DNA of 64,000 bases, from contig JBBSPE010000002.1 of NCBI GenBank assembly GCA_038259155.1, forward strand, positions 723 through 64,722. Direction: 5' to 3'. This document shows positions 56,197 to 64,000 of the stretch, in pieces (position 1 is the stretch's first letter; the number at the start of each line of letters is the position of its first letter). The notes beneath the pieces are model-generated. The model was not told the origin of the DNA. It did no database searches and saw nothing but the letters and a program-made list of their open reading frames with translations. This stretch comes from Gemmatimonadales bacterium. GTDB lineage: Bacteria > Gemmatimonadota > Gemmatimonadetes > Gemmatimonadales > Gemmatimonadaceae. The position numbers and the translations under genes were made by a program.

Positions 56197-57279
56197 ATGC
56201 GCTCACGTCTGCCTCGTGTTTCTGCTTCCCTCGTCGCCCGGCTCGTCGGCGTCGCCGCACTGCTCGCGCTCGCCGGCGCCGGAACCGCCCGCGCCCAGGA
56301 CACCCGCACGATCCGCTTCGAGTCCAGCGACATCGCCGTGTTCAACTACGTGGGCACACTGCGCGTGAGCGGTTCCACCAGCGGGAGTGCAGAGGCCGTG
56401 GTCGCCCTGCGCGGCGACAACCGGGACCAGCTGGAGATCACCCGTGGCGACGTGCGCGGCCGAGAATCGCTGCGCGTGCGCTACCCCGACGGCCTCATTC
56501 GCTCGCCCGATCGTGCTCGGGGTCGCACCATGACCTGGGTGCGGGACGACGGTACCTGGGGCGACGGCGACGGGCGTCGCGGGCGGCGCGTGGAGATCAG
56601 CAACGACTCGCGTGCCCTCGACGCGTCCGCCGATATCGAACTGCGCGTGCCGCGCGGCACCACCGCGCGCGTGTACCTGCTGGCCGGCCGCGTGGACGTG
56701 CGCAACGTGGAGGGCGAACTGCACGTGGACGTCGCCGCCGCCAGCATCAGCGCCCTCGGAACACGCGGCGCGCTCTGGCTGGACACCGGCTCCGGCGAAG
56801 TGGACGTGAGCGACGCACAGGGTGACCTCTCGCTCGACATCGGCAGCGGCAACGTCACCGTGCGGAACGCGCGCGGCGGCCGGCTCAACGCGGACACCGG
56901 CTCCGGCGACGTCACGCTCGACGGGATCACCTTCGAGACGGGCAACTTTGACACCGGCTCCGGCAACGTGCGCGTGACCAACGCCGAGGTACAGCGCTCC
57001 GTGTTCGACACCGGCAGCGGCGACGTGCTCGGCTCGTTCCGTACGTCGCCCGCGTCCATCAGCATGGACAGCGGCTCGGGAGACGTGACCGTGGAACTGC
57101 CCAAGGACGCAGGCCTTCAGGTGAACCTGTCCACTTCCAGCGGCGACATCAGCACCGATTTCCCCATCCAGGTCACCCGCCAGTCGCGGCGCTCGCTACG
57201 CGGAACCATTGGCGACGGACGGGGACGCTTGGACGTGGAGTCCGGATCCGGCGACCTGCGCCTCCGGATCCGGCCGTAG
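56197..57279 (+). CDS. DUF4097-family secreted beta-helix ('putative adhesin') protein
   Basis: A signal peptide is followed by repeated TGSG(D/N/E)V.V motifs (DTGSGEVDV, IGSGNVTV, DTGSGDVTL, DTGSGNVRV, DSGSGDVTV, SSGDIST). Confidence 0.65.
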   Translation: MRSRLPRVSASLVARLVGVAALLALAGAGTARAQDTRTIRFESSDIAVFNYVGTLRVSGSTSGSAEAVVALRGDNRDQLEITRGDVRGRESLRVRYPDGLIRSPDRARGRTMTWVRDDGTWGDGDGRRGRRVEISNDSRALDASADIELRVPRGTTARVYLLAGRVDVRNVEGELHVDVAAASISALGTRGALWLDTGSGEVDVSDAQGDLSLDIGSGNVTVRNARGGRLNADTGSGDVTLDGITFETGNFDTGSGNVRVTNAEVQRSVFDTGSGDVLGSFRTSPASISMDSGSGDVTVELPKDAGLQVNLSTSSGDISTDFPIQVTRQSRRSLRGTIGDGRGRLDVESGSGDLRLRIRP

Positions 57280-59115
57280 TCAGCCGATCACCTTGGGCTT
57301 GGCAGGCTTGGTGCCGTTGAGCCTGGGCCGCGGGCCGTTCCCGACTTCCACCGTGAGTGTCTTGAGGAAGTTCGTGATCCGCGCGTAGTGCGGGTAGTCA
57401 ATGAACTCGGCCTCGTCACTGCGCTGGTGATAATCGCCGTGCAGGCCAGTGAAAAAGAACGCGATGGGCACACCCTGTCGGGCGTAGTTGTAGTGGTCGC
57501 TGCGTCCGTAGATGTTGTTGTAACCCGCCCACGCGATGGGCTCGTCCAACTTGTAGTCCAGCTGCAGCGGCCGTGACTGCTTTTTGTTCACCGACTGCAC
57601 CATGTCGCCGAGATCCTTCGAGTCAAAGAACGATCCCACGACGGCCAGATAGTCGTCTCCGCCCCCCGGAAGGTCTTCCGCGCGCCCGCGACCGATCATG
57701 TCCACGTTGAGCTGCGCGACCACGGAGTCAATGGGTACGGTGGGGTTGCGCGTGAAGAACGCCGAGCCAATGAGCCCGCCCTCCTCACCCGTGTGCCACA
57801 CGAACAGCGTGCTGCGCTTGGGCTTGACCGGCATGGCCATGATCGCCTCGGCCACCTCGAGCACGCCCATGGAGCCAGAGCCGTCGTCGTCGGCGCCGTT
57901 GTTGATGGAGTCGATGCGCGGCGTGGGATGTACGCGGCGAATGCTGTCCATGTTCACCACGAACTTGGACGTGACGTCGATCGTGGGCTGCGCCATGTCG
58001 TTGGCGATCTGCCACTTGATCTTCTGATCGTTGAACGCCTTGATCGAGTCCTTGTCCACGGGTCCGGCAAAGCCGACGTGGTCGTTGTGGGCGCCGATGG
58101 CCATGTACTGATTGCGGAGCACCGGATCGCTGCCGGGAATGTAGGCCACCACGTTTCGCGCGAAGTCCGTGGGCACTTCCACAAAGTCGAGCGACGCGGT
58201 GGCTGTGCCGCCGGTGTTGCCAGCCACGAGCCCGTCAATATTGCTGCGGGCGAACAGCCGCGCGGCCGCGGTGCGCGTGATGCGGAACGTGGCCTGCGGC
58301 TGCAGGGCGTCGAGCTGCGCCTTGAGCAGCGCGATCGAGTCCACCGCCTCTGCGGCGTCTGCCGCACGCGGCCTCGCGCGCGCGCCGCCAGCTTGCGATG
58401 CCACCGTGGGTTCGTTGATGGCCCGCCGCTCGGCCGGCGAGAGGTCTTCCAGATCGACGGTCGCGATGGCTGCCGCGTCAGCAAAACGATCCGGTCCGGC
58501 GTTGAAGCCGCCGCGACGACCGCCGAACGCCTGCGTCCCCCGACCGGAGCCCGCACCGCGCGTTCCAGGCGCCGGCAGCAGCACCACAAACTTGCCCGCG
58601 GCCTGCGCCGCCGAGATCTGTGTGGTGGTATCTCCCTGCGTTCCACCAAAAATCACTTCGGCGTCCGCCACAGCGCGGGGCGCGCGGGCGCCCGGCACGG
58701 CCACGAACTCGTCATTCCACGCGATGGGGTTGCCGTCCACCGTCAGGCGCGAACCCGTGGTGAAGTAGCGCAAATGGTACGGCAGCACCTGGAAGTACGT
58801 GCCGTTGTCGCCCGCTGGCAGCAGACCCAGGCGCTTCACCTCGGCCGCGATGTAGTCCGTGCCCTTCTTGTTGCCCAGCCGGCCCACCTGCCGCCCCATC
58901 ATGGAGTCATCGGCAAACTGATACAGGCGAATCTGCAGGTCGCGCGGCGTGATCTCCGCCGTGGTGGGCGTTGGCGCCAACCGTTCCGGATTGCCGTAGC
59001 GGTTCACCGCGGGTGCCGACTGCGCGTACAGTGCCAGCGGGGCGGCGAGGGCGGGCAGGGCGAGCATCAACGCGAAACGGCGAGCGGACCAGCGGGCGTG
59101 GCCGAACGACAACAT
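57280..59115 (-). CDS. M28-family aminopeptidase with PA domain, secreted
   Basis: The start is MLSFGHARWSARRFALMLALPALAAPLALYAQ (signal peptide). HNDHVG, DDDGSG and GEEGGLIGS are M28 metal-ligand motifs. Confidence 0.85.
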   Translation of the reverse strand: MLSFGHARWSARRFALMLALPALAAPLALYAQSAPAVNRYGNPERLAPTPTTAEITPRDLQIRLYQFADDSMMGRQVGRLGNKKGTDYIAAEVKRLGLLPAGDNGTYFQVLPYHLRYFTTGSRLTVDGNPIAWNDEFVAVPGARAPRAVADAEVIFGGTQGDTTTQISAAQAAGKFVVLLPAPGTRGAGSGRGTQAFGGRRGGFNAGPDRFADAAAIATVDLEDLSPAERRAINEPTVASQAGGARARPRAADAAEAVDSIALLKAQLDALQPQATFRITRTAAARLFARSNIDGLVAGNTGGTATASLDFVEVPTDFARNVVAYIPGSDPVLRNQYMAIGAHNDHVGFAGPVDKDSIKAFNDQKIKWQIANDMAQPTIDVTSKFVVNMDSIRRVHPTPRIDSINNGADDDGSGSMGVLEVAEAIMAMPVKPKRSTLFVWHTGEEGGLIGSAFFTRNPTVPIDSVVAQLNVDMIGRGRAEDLPGGGDDYLAVVGSFFDSKDLGDMVQSVNKKQSRPLQLDYKLDEPIAWAGYNNIYGRSDHYNYARQGVPIAFFFTGLHGDYHQRSDEAEFIDYPHYARITNFLKTLTVEVGNGPRPRLNGTKPAKPKVIG

Positions 59116-59244
59116 GCGAACTCCGGGGGAAGGTGCGGGTTCAGGGGCTGAATCCTGAAGTTTACGCGATTTGGCCGGGGGACGTGCAAGAGAATCCCTT
59201 GCGGGCAATGGCACGGGACGTGTCACCCGCCCATATTCGCGGCC

Positions 59245-60405
59245 ATGCCCCAGACATCGCAACGACTCGACCAGATCTCCGAATCCGTGATTCGGTCCAC
59301 CACGCGGACGGCCACCCAGCACAACGCGATCAACCTCGCGCAGGGCTTTCCCGATTTCTCGCCGCCCGCCGCGCTGTTGGACGCGCTGGCCGTGGCCGCG
59401 CACGGTCCGGCGCATCAGTACGCCGTCACTTGGGGCGCCCCCAGATTTCGTGAGGCGCTGGCCGCCAAGATCACGCGCGACAGTGGCGTACCCATTGACC
59501 CGGAACAACATCTCGTGGTCACATGCGGCAGCACCGAGGCCATGATGGCGGCCATGATGACGGCCTGCAATCCGGGCGACAAGGTCATCATTTTCTCGCC
59601 GTACTACGAGAACTACTTCGCCGACACCATTCTGGCTGGTGCCGAGGCGATCTGGGTACCGCTGCGTCCTCCCACCTTCGATTTCGACACCGAAGAGCTG
59701 GAGCGCGCATTCGCGCAGGGCGCCAAGGCAATCATTTTGTGCAATCCGGGCAACCCCACCGGCAAGGTGTTCACGCGCGCCGAGCTCGAGACCATTGTGG
59801 CGCTGGCCACCAAGTACGACGCCTATATCATTACCGACGAGCCGTACGAGCACATGGTGTACGAGCCGGCAGAACACATCTACACGCACGCCCTGCCGGG
59901 CGCCTTCGAGCGCACCATCGTGTGCAACTCGCTGTCCAAGACGTACTCCATCACCGGCTGGCGCATCGGCTACGTGCAGGGCCCGCCCGACGTGATTCGC
60001 GCGGCGCGCAAGGTGCACGACTTCCTCACCATTGGCGCCGCCGCGCCGCTTCAGGAAGCTGCCGTCACCGCGCTGCAGTTTCCGCCGTCGTACTACACGG
60101 AACTCCGTGACTTTTATGCGGGGCAGCGCGACCTGTTTCTGGGCTACCTGCGGCAAACGGGCTTGTCGTTCACCGAGCCCCAAGGCGCGTATTACGTGAT
60201 GGTGGACGTGTCACCCCTCGGTTTCGCCAATGACGGCGACGCCTCCGATTGGTTCATCAAACACATTGGCGTGGCCGGCGTCGCGGGATCAAGCTTTTTC
60301 CGCGAGCCGGTGCACGACTACATCCGCTTTCACTTCGCCAAGCGGGCGGAAACGCTGCACGCGGCGGGTGAGCGTCTGCTCAAGGTGAAGGAAGGGCGAC
60401 GATAG
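59245..60405 (+). CDS. Class I/II pyridoxal-phosphate-dependent aminotransferase (YbdL/kynurenine-oxoglutarate-type)
   Basis: INLAQGFPDF, CNPGNPTG and the PLP-lysine motif SLSKTYSITGWRIGY are present. Confidence 0.9.
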   Translation: MPQTSQRLDQISESVIRSTTRTATQHNAINLAQGFPDFSPPAALLDALAVAAHGPAHQYAVTWGAPRFREALAAKITRDSGVPIDPEQHLVVTCGSTEAMMAAMMTACNPGDKVIIFSPYYENYFADTILAGAEAIWVPLRPPTFDFDTEELERAFAQGAKAIILCNPGNPTGKVFTRAELETIVALATKYDAYIITDEPYEHMVYEPAEHIYTHALPGAFERTIVCNSLSKTYSITGWRIGYVQGPPDVIRAARKVHDFLTIGAAAPLQEAAVTALQFPPSYYTELRDFYAGQRDLFLGYLRQTGLSFTEPQGAYYVMVDVSPLGFANDGDASDWFIKHIGVAGVAGSSFFREPVHDYIRFHFAKRAETLHAAGERLLKVKEGRR

Positions 60406-60408
60406 CCC

Positions 60409-60849
60409 CTATTTCGCCGCGTCCAGCGTGGCCTGCATGCGCTTCCGGAACCGCTCGGCAATCTGCTTGCCCATTTCCGTCTGCGTGGCCACCCACTCGG
60501 CGTTCCGGAACCCGGCCGGGCTGACCTGCGCGCGGTACTCCGCCAGCCACGGCTCAATGCGCGAGTACAGCAGCAGCCCCTCCCCGTTGCTCTCCATCAT
60601 GAACTCGGCGTGAATGACGCCGTGGCGCGCCATGCCGTAGGTCATCTCCCAGAACGTGGAGCACTGCCGGAACGCCGCGTTGAGCGGATGGTCGCCCTTG
60701 ATGATGGCCTGGATGTCCTCGAACGACTTGGGGTGAAAGCCCGCAATCAACGCGGATCGCGATTCGCGCAACACGCTTTCGCGGCGGAGTTCGTACAGCT
60801 TGAGCACCAGCTCGGCATCGTGATGATCGGGAAATTCCTTGACGGACAT
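60409..60849 (-). CDS. Hypothetical protein (146 aa)
   Basis: This is the C-terminal part of ORF 60409-61125 starting at MSVKEFPDHHDAELVLKLYELRRE. It looks helical and soluble, and I recognise no family. Confidence 0.45.
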   Translation of the reverse strand: MSVKEFPDHHDAELVLKLYELRRESVLRESRSALIAGFHPKSFEDIQAIIKGDHPLNAAFRQCSTFWEMTYGMARHGVIHAEFMMESNGEGLLLYSRIEPWLAEYRAQVSPAGFRNAEWVATQTEMGKQIAERFRKRMQATLDAAK

Positions 60850-61078
60850 CAATAACTCGGCAGTGGCGTGACAGAGCGTGGCCCAAACGCGTTGGTGCGC
60901 CCGGGTCGCGTGGAACGCCGCAGTATTGTGCGCTGCAGGCCTGACGGCAAGCAGCCTGCTGCGCTTGCCCTCCCGCACCACAGGCGGCAGAATCGAGGAT
61001 CGTCCGCGCATTGGGCCACCGCATCTCGAGTGCGCGCCCGTGTCCGGCCTGCCCCGCTTCCGCCCGACTGGAGAACCC

Positions 61079-64000
61079 GTGTTGCTTCGCACCACTGCCC
61101 TGCTCGCCCTCAGCTGCGCCACCACTCTGGGGGCTCAGCAGCCCGCCGCCCGCGCTGGCGGCCGCGCCGCCGAGAAGCCGTTGCCGCTCGAGGCCACGCG
61201 CAACTTCACGCTCGACACGCGCGAGGGCACGTGGCTGTCGCTCGACGTGAGCCCCGACGGCCAGCAGATCGTCTTCGACATGCTCGGCGACCTGTACATG
61301 CTGCCGTTCGCCGGCGGCGAGGCTACGCGCCTCACCGATGGCATGGCGTTCGACACGCAGCCGCGATTCAGTCCGGACGGCAAACACGTGGTATTCATTT
61401 CCGATCGCCTGGGTGCCGACAACGTCCACGTGCTCGATGTGGCCACCCGCGAGGTGAAGGGCATCACCAAGGGCACGACCAACGTGTATCTCTCGCCCGA
61501 ATACTCGCCCGATGGCAAGTACATCGTGGCCAGCAAGGGCGGCTTCCGCGGCGCGCGTCCCACATTGTGGATGTACCACACCGACGGCGGCAACGGCCTC
61601 GCGTTGTACAAGGCGCCCAGCGGTGCGACCTCGGTGCAGCAGGCAGGCGCCGCGTTCAGCCCGGATGGCCGGACCATCTGGTTCACGCAGCGCAACGGCG
61701 CCTGGAACTACAACGCGCAGTTTCCGCAGTACCAGATCTGGACGTACAACCGCGAAACCGGTGAGCGTGAACAACAGTCGTCGCGCTACGGCTCGGCCGT
61801 GCGCCCAACCGTGAGCCCCGATGGCAAGTGGGTGGTGTATGGCTCACGCTACGAGGAGAAGACCGGCCTGCGCATTCGAGAGCTCGCCACCGGCGAGGAG
61901 AAGTGGCTGGCCTACCCAACACAGCGCGACGAAATGGAGACGCGCGCGCCCATGGACGCGCTGCCCGGCATGAGCTTCACGCCCGACTCCAAAGAGCTGG
62001 TGGCAAGCTATGGCAACAAGATCTGGCGCGTGGCTGTGGACGGCAGCGGGCAGACCGAGATTCCGTTTCACGTGCAGGCCACGGTGGCTGCTGGTCCGGA
62101 GCTCGCGTTCCGCTACCCCATTTCCGACAGCGCGCAGTTCACCGTGCGACAGATTCGCGACGGCGTGCCGTCACCGGACGGTCGCATGCTCGCGTTCGTG
62201 GCCATGGATCGGCTGTATGTGATGGACTGGCCCGCGGGCACGCCGCGTCGCGTGTCGGCGCTGAGCGAGATCGAGGCCGAGCCCGCGTGGTCGCCCGATT
62301 CGCGCTCACTCGCGTGGGTGACGTGGACCGAGAGCGGCGGCAAACTCTACAAGGCCGGTGCCGCGCGCGGTTCGGCGGTGGTGCCGCTGAGCCGAGGGCT
62401 GTCCACCATTCGCCAGCCCGTGTGGTCACCGTCCGGTACGCGCATTGTGGCCACCACCACGGCGGCACAGGGGCGGCGTGACCAGACGGGTGTCACGGCG
62501 CCCACCAACATCGTGTGGTATCCCAGCACGCCTGCAAGCAACACTGGTAGCGACGCCGTGCTCATCGCGCGCGCCGAGCGTCGTGAATCACCACACTTTT
62601 CGCGCGACACCACCCGCATCTACTTCTCGTCGCGCAACGGCCTGGTGTCCATTCGCTGGGACGGCAGCGACGAACAGACGCATCTGCGCGTGACCGGCCC
62701 CGGTGCCAACGGCGGCGGCGACGATCATGAACTGAACGTGTACGACCGCGCGGTGGATGAACTCGAGGGGAATCCCGTGGTCGAGGAACCCGGCTCACCC
62801 GGCCCGCCCGCGTCGCTCACCCTCATGTCACCCACCGGCGATCTGGCGCTCGCGCAGGTGAACCAGGATTTCTACACGGTGGTGGTGCCACCGCGCGGCA
62901 CCGAAGCCAGCGTGAGCGTGGCCAACCCGGCCACTGCCATCGTGCCGGTGCGCAAGCTCACGGACATCGGCGGACAGTTCCCCGCGTGGTCGTCCAACGG
63001 ACGCCGCGTACATTGGTCCATTGGCACTGCGCATGTAGTGTACGACCTCGACTCCGCCTCCGCGCGTGAGGCGGTGATCGCGGAATCGCGTCGTGACTCG
63101 TCGGTGGCCGACAGCTTGCGCCCGGCGGCGTACACGCCGGTGGAGCGACGCGTGCTCGTAATGGCCGATCGCGACATTCCGCGTGGCGCGGTGGTGATGC
63201 GCAACGCACGTATCATCACCATGAACGGTGATGAGATCATCGTGCGCGGCGACCTGGTGGTGCGCGACAATCGCATTGTGGCAGTTGGTGCAGCAGGCTC
63301 CGTGGCAGTTCCGAGTGGTGCGACGGAGATGGACATGGCGGGCACCACGATCATTCCGGGCTTTGTGGACACGCATGCGCATTTGCGTGCGGAGCGCGGC
63401 AGCATTCACGAAACGCAGCCGTGGGCGTATCTCGCCAACCTCGCGTATGGCGTCACCACCACGCGCGACCCGCAAACCGGCACCACGGATGTGCTCACCT
63501 ACCAGGACCTGGTGGACGCCGGACAGATCATCGGCCCGCGCGTGTACTCCACCGGCCCCGGAGTGTTCAGTCAGGACCGGATCGAGAATCAGGAAGACGC
63601 GCGCAACCTGCTCAAGCGCTACAGCAGCTACTACGACACCAAGACCATCAAGATGTACGTGTCGGGTGTGCGCCAGACTCGGCAGTGGATCATCACGGCT
63701 GCGCGCGAACAGCGGCTCATGCCCACCACTGAAGGTTCGCTTGACGTGAAGCTCAACCTCACGGAGACCATTGACGGATATCCGGGGCTCGAGCACTCCA
63801 TGGGCATCACGCCGCTGGGTGACGACGTAGCCAAATTCATGGCGTGGTCCAACCGCACGTACACGCCCACGCTGCTTGTGAACTACGGCGGACCATGGGC
63901 GGAGAACTGGTACTACACCAACGAGAATCCGTGGGGCGATGAGAAGCTGCAGCGCTTCACGTCGTACGAAGATCTCGCGCAGAAAACGCGTCGGCGCATG
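61079..64000 (+). CDS. TolB-like beta-propeller (PD40 repeats) fused to amidohydrolase domain, secreted; 3' end cut by window edge
   Basis: The frame is open for 974 codons from GTG 61079 to the window end, so it is absent from the ORF track. VLLRTTALLALSCATTLGAQQ is a signal peptide. PD40-type repeats are present (FDTQPRFSPDGKHVVF, YSPDGKYIV, AAFSPDGRTIWF, VRPTVSPDGKWVVY, VPSPDGRMLAF, PAWSPDSRSLAW). The amidohydrolase metal motif PGFVDTHAHL lies near 63.36 kb. Confidence 0.75.
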   Translation, partial: MLLRTTALLALSCATTLGAQQPAARAGGRAAEKPLPLEATRNFTLDTREGTWLSLDVSPDGQQIVFDMLGDLYMLPFAGGEATRLTDGMAFDTQPRFSPDGKHVVFISDRLGADNVHVLDVATREVKGITKGTTNVYLSPEYSPDGKYIVASKGGFRGARPTLWMYHTDGGNGLALYKAPSGATSVQQAGAAFSPDGRTIWFTQRNGAWNYNAQFPQYQIWTYNRETGEREQQSSRYGSAVRPTVSPDGKWVVYGSRYEEKTGLRIRELATGEEKWLAYPTQRDEMETRAPMDALPGMSFTPDSKELVASYGNKIWRVAVDGSGQTEIPFHVQATVAAGPELAFRYPISDSAQFTVRQIRDGVPSPDGRMLAFVAMDRLYVMDWPAGTPRRVSALSEIEAEPAWSPDSRSLAWVTWTESGGKLYKAGAARGSAVVPLSRGLSTIRQPVWSPSGTRIVATTTAAQGRRDQTGVTAPTNIVWYPSTPASNTGSDAVLIARAERRESPHFSRDTTRIYFSSRNGLVSIRWDGSDEQTHLRVTGPGANGGGDDHELNVYDRAVDELEGNPVVEEPGSPGPPASLTLMSPTGDLALAQVNQDFYTVVVPPRGTEASVSVANPATAIVPVRKLTDIGGQFPAWSSNGRRVHWSIGTAHVVYDLDSASAREAVIAESRRDSSVADSLRPAAYTPVERRVLVMADRDIPRGAVVMRNARIITMNGDEIIVRGDLVVRDNRIVAVGAAGSVAVPSGATEMDMAGTTIIPGFVDTHAHLRAERGSIHETQPWAYLANLAYGVTTTRDPQTGTTDVLTYQDLVDAGQIIGPRVYSTGPGVFSQDRIENQEDARNLLKRYSSYYDTKTIKMYVSGVRQTRQWIITAAREQRLMPTTEGSLDVKLNLTETIDGYPGLEHSMGITPLGDDVAKFMAWSNRTYTPTLLVNYGGPWAENWYYTNENPWGDEKLQRFTSYEDLAQKTRRRM

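Overview
This is a high-GC bacterial chromosomal window, densely coding on both strands. I call about 55 protein genes or gene remnants. I recognised no rRNA, tRNA, CRISPR array, integrase, transposase or phage gene by eye. All family assignments rest on motifs I recognise in the translations; no database search was run. The supplied ORF track prints GTG/TTG starts as M and omits ORFs that run off the window edges. Two such edge ORFs are added here (1-561 minus, 61079-64000 plus). Gene content from left to right:
- 0.7-4.9 kb: a PQQ dehydrogenase coupled to an APC permease, then an ArsR-SRPBCC pair.
- 5.4-20.5 kb: a carbohydrate block. It holds a glycogen debranching enzyme, a pentose-phosphate (PPP) operon, a ROK/polyphosphate-type glucokinase, a GH63-like glucosidase and PEP synthase.
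- 24.4-33.8 kb: envelope genes. These are a DUF1800/DUF1501 pair, a serine hydrolase, a rhomboid protease, PBP1A and a polysaccharide deacetylase.
- 35.4-46.8 kb: rho with a long Arg-rich N-terminal extension, an MCP, an M20 peptidase, crcB, a GT39-like glycosyltransferase, an Ig-like (Big_2) lipoprotein and an acyl-CoA dehydrogenase.
- 46.8-49.6 kb: a three-gene secreted or outer-membrane cluster of unknown function.
- 49.6-56.1 kb: a cytochrome bd operon headed by two unknown tandem paralogues and ending in a NarL-type regulator. It sits divergent from a small sensor-like protein and a soluble hybrid histidine kinase.
- 56.2-64.0 kb: a DUF4097 protein, an M28 peptidase, an aminotransferase and a TolB-propeller/amidohydrolase fusion.
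The most unusual observations are these:
1. In the PPP operon only gnd and pgi look intact. zwf, tkt and tal are fragments, and tal carries two in-frame stops.
2. Two roughly 70% identical proteins of no family I recognise lead the cydAB-response regulator operon.
3. A Cys/His-rich, beta-barrel and Met/His-tailed secreted trio sits at 46.8-49.6 kb.
4. An AhpD/CMD-like ORF is interrupted by an in-frame TGA.
The gene repertoire is reminiscent of Gemmatimonadota- or Acidobacteriota-like soil bacteria. That is inference only.
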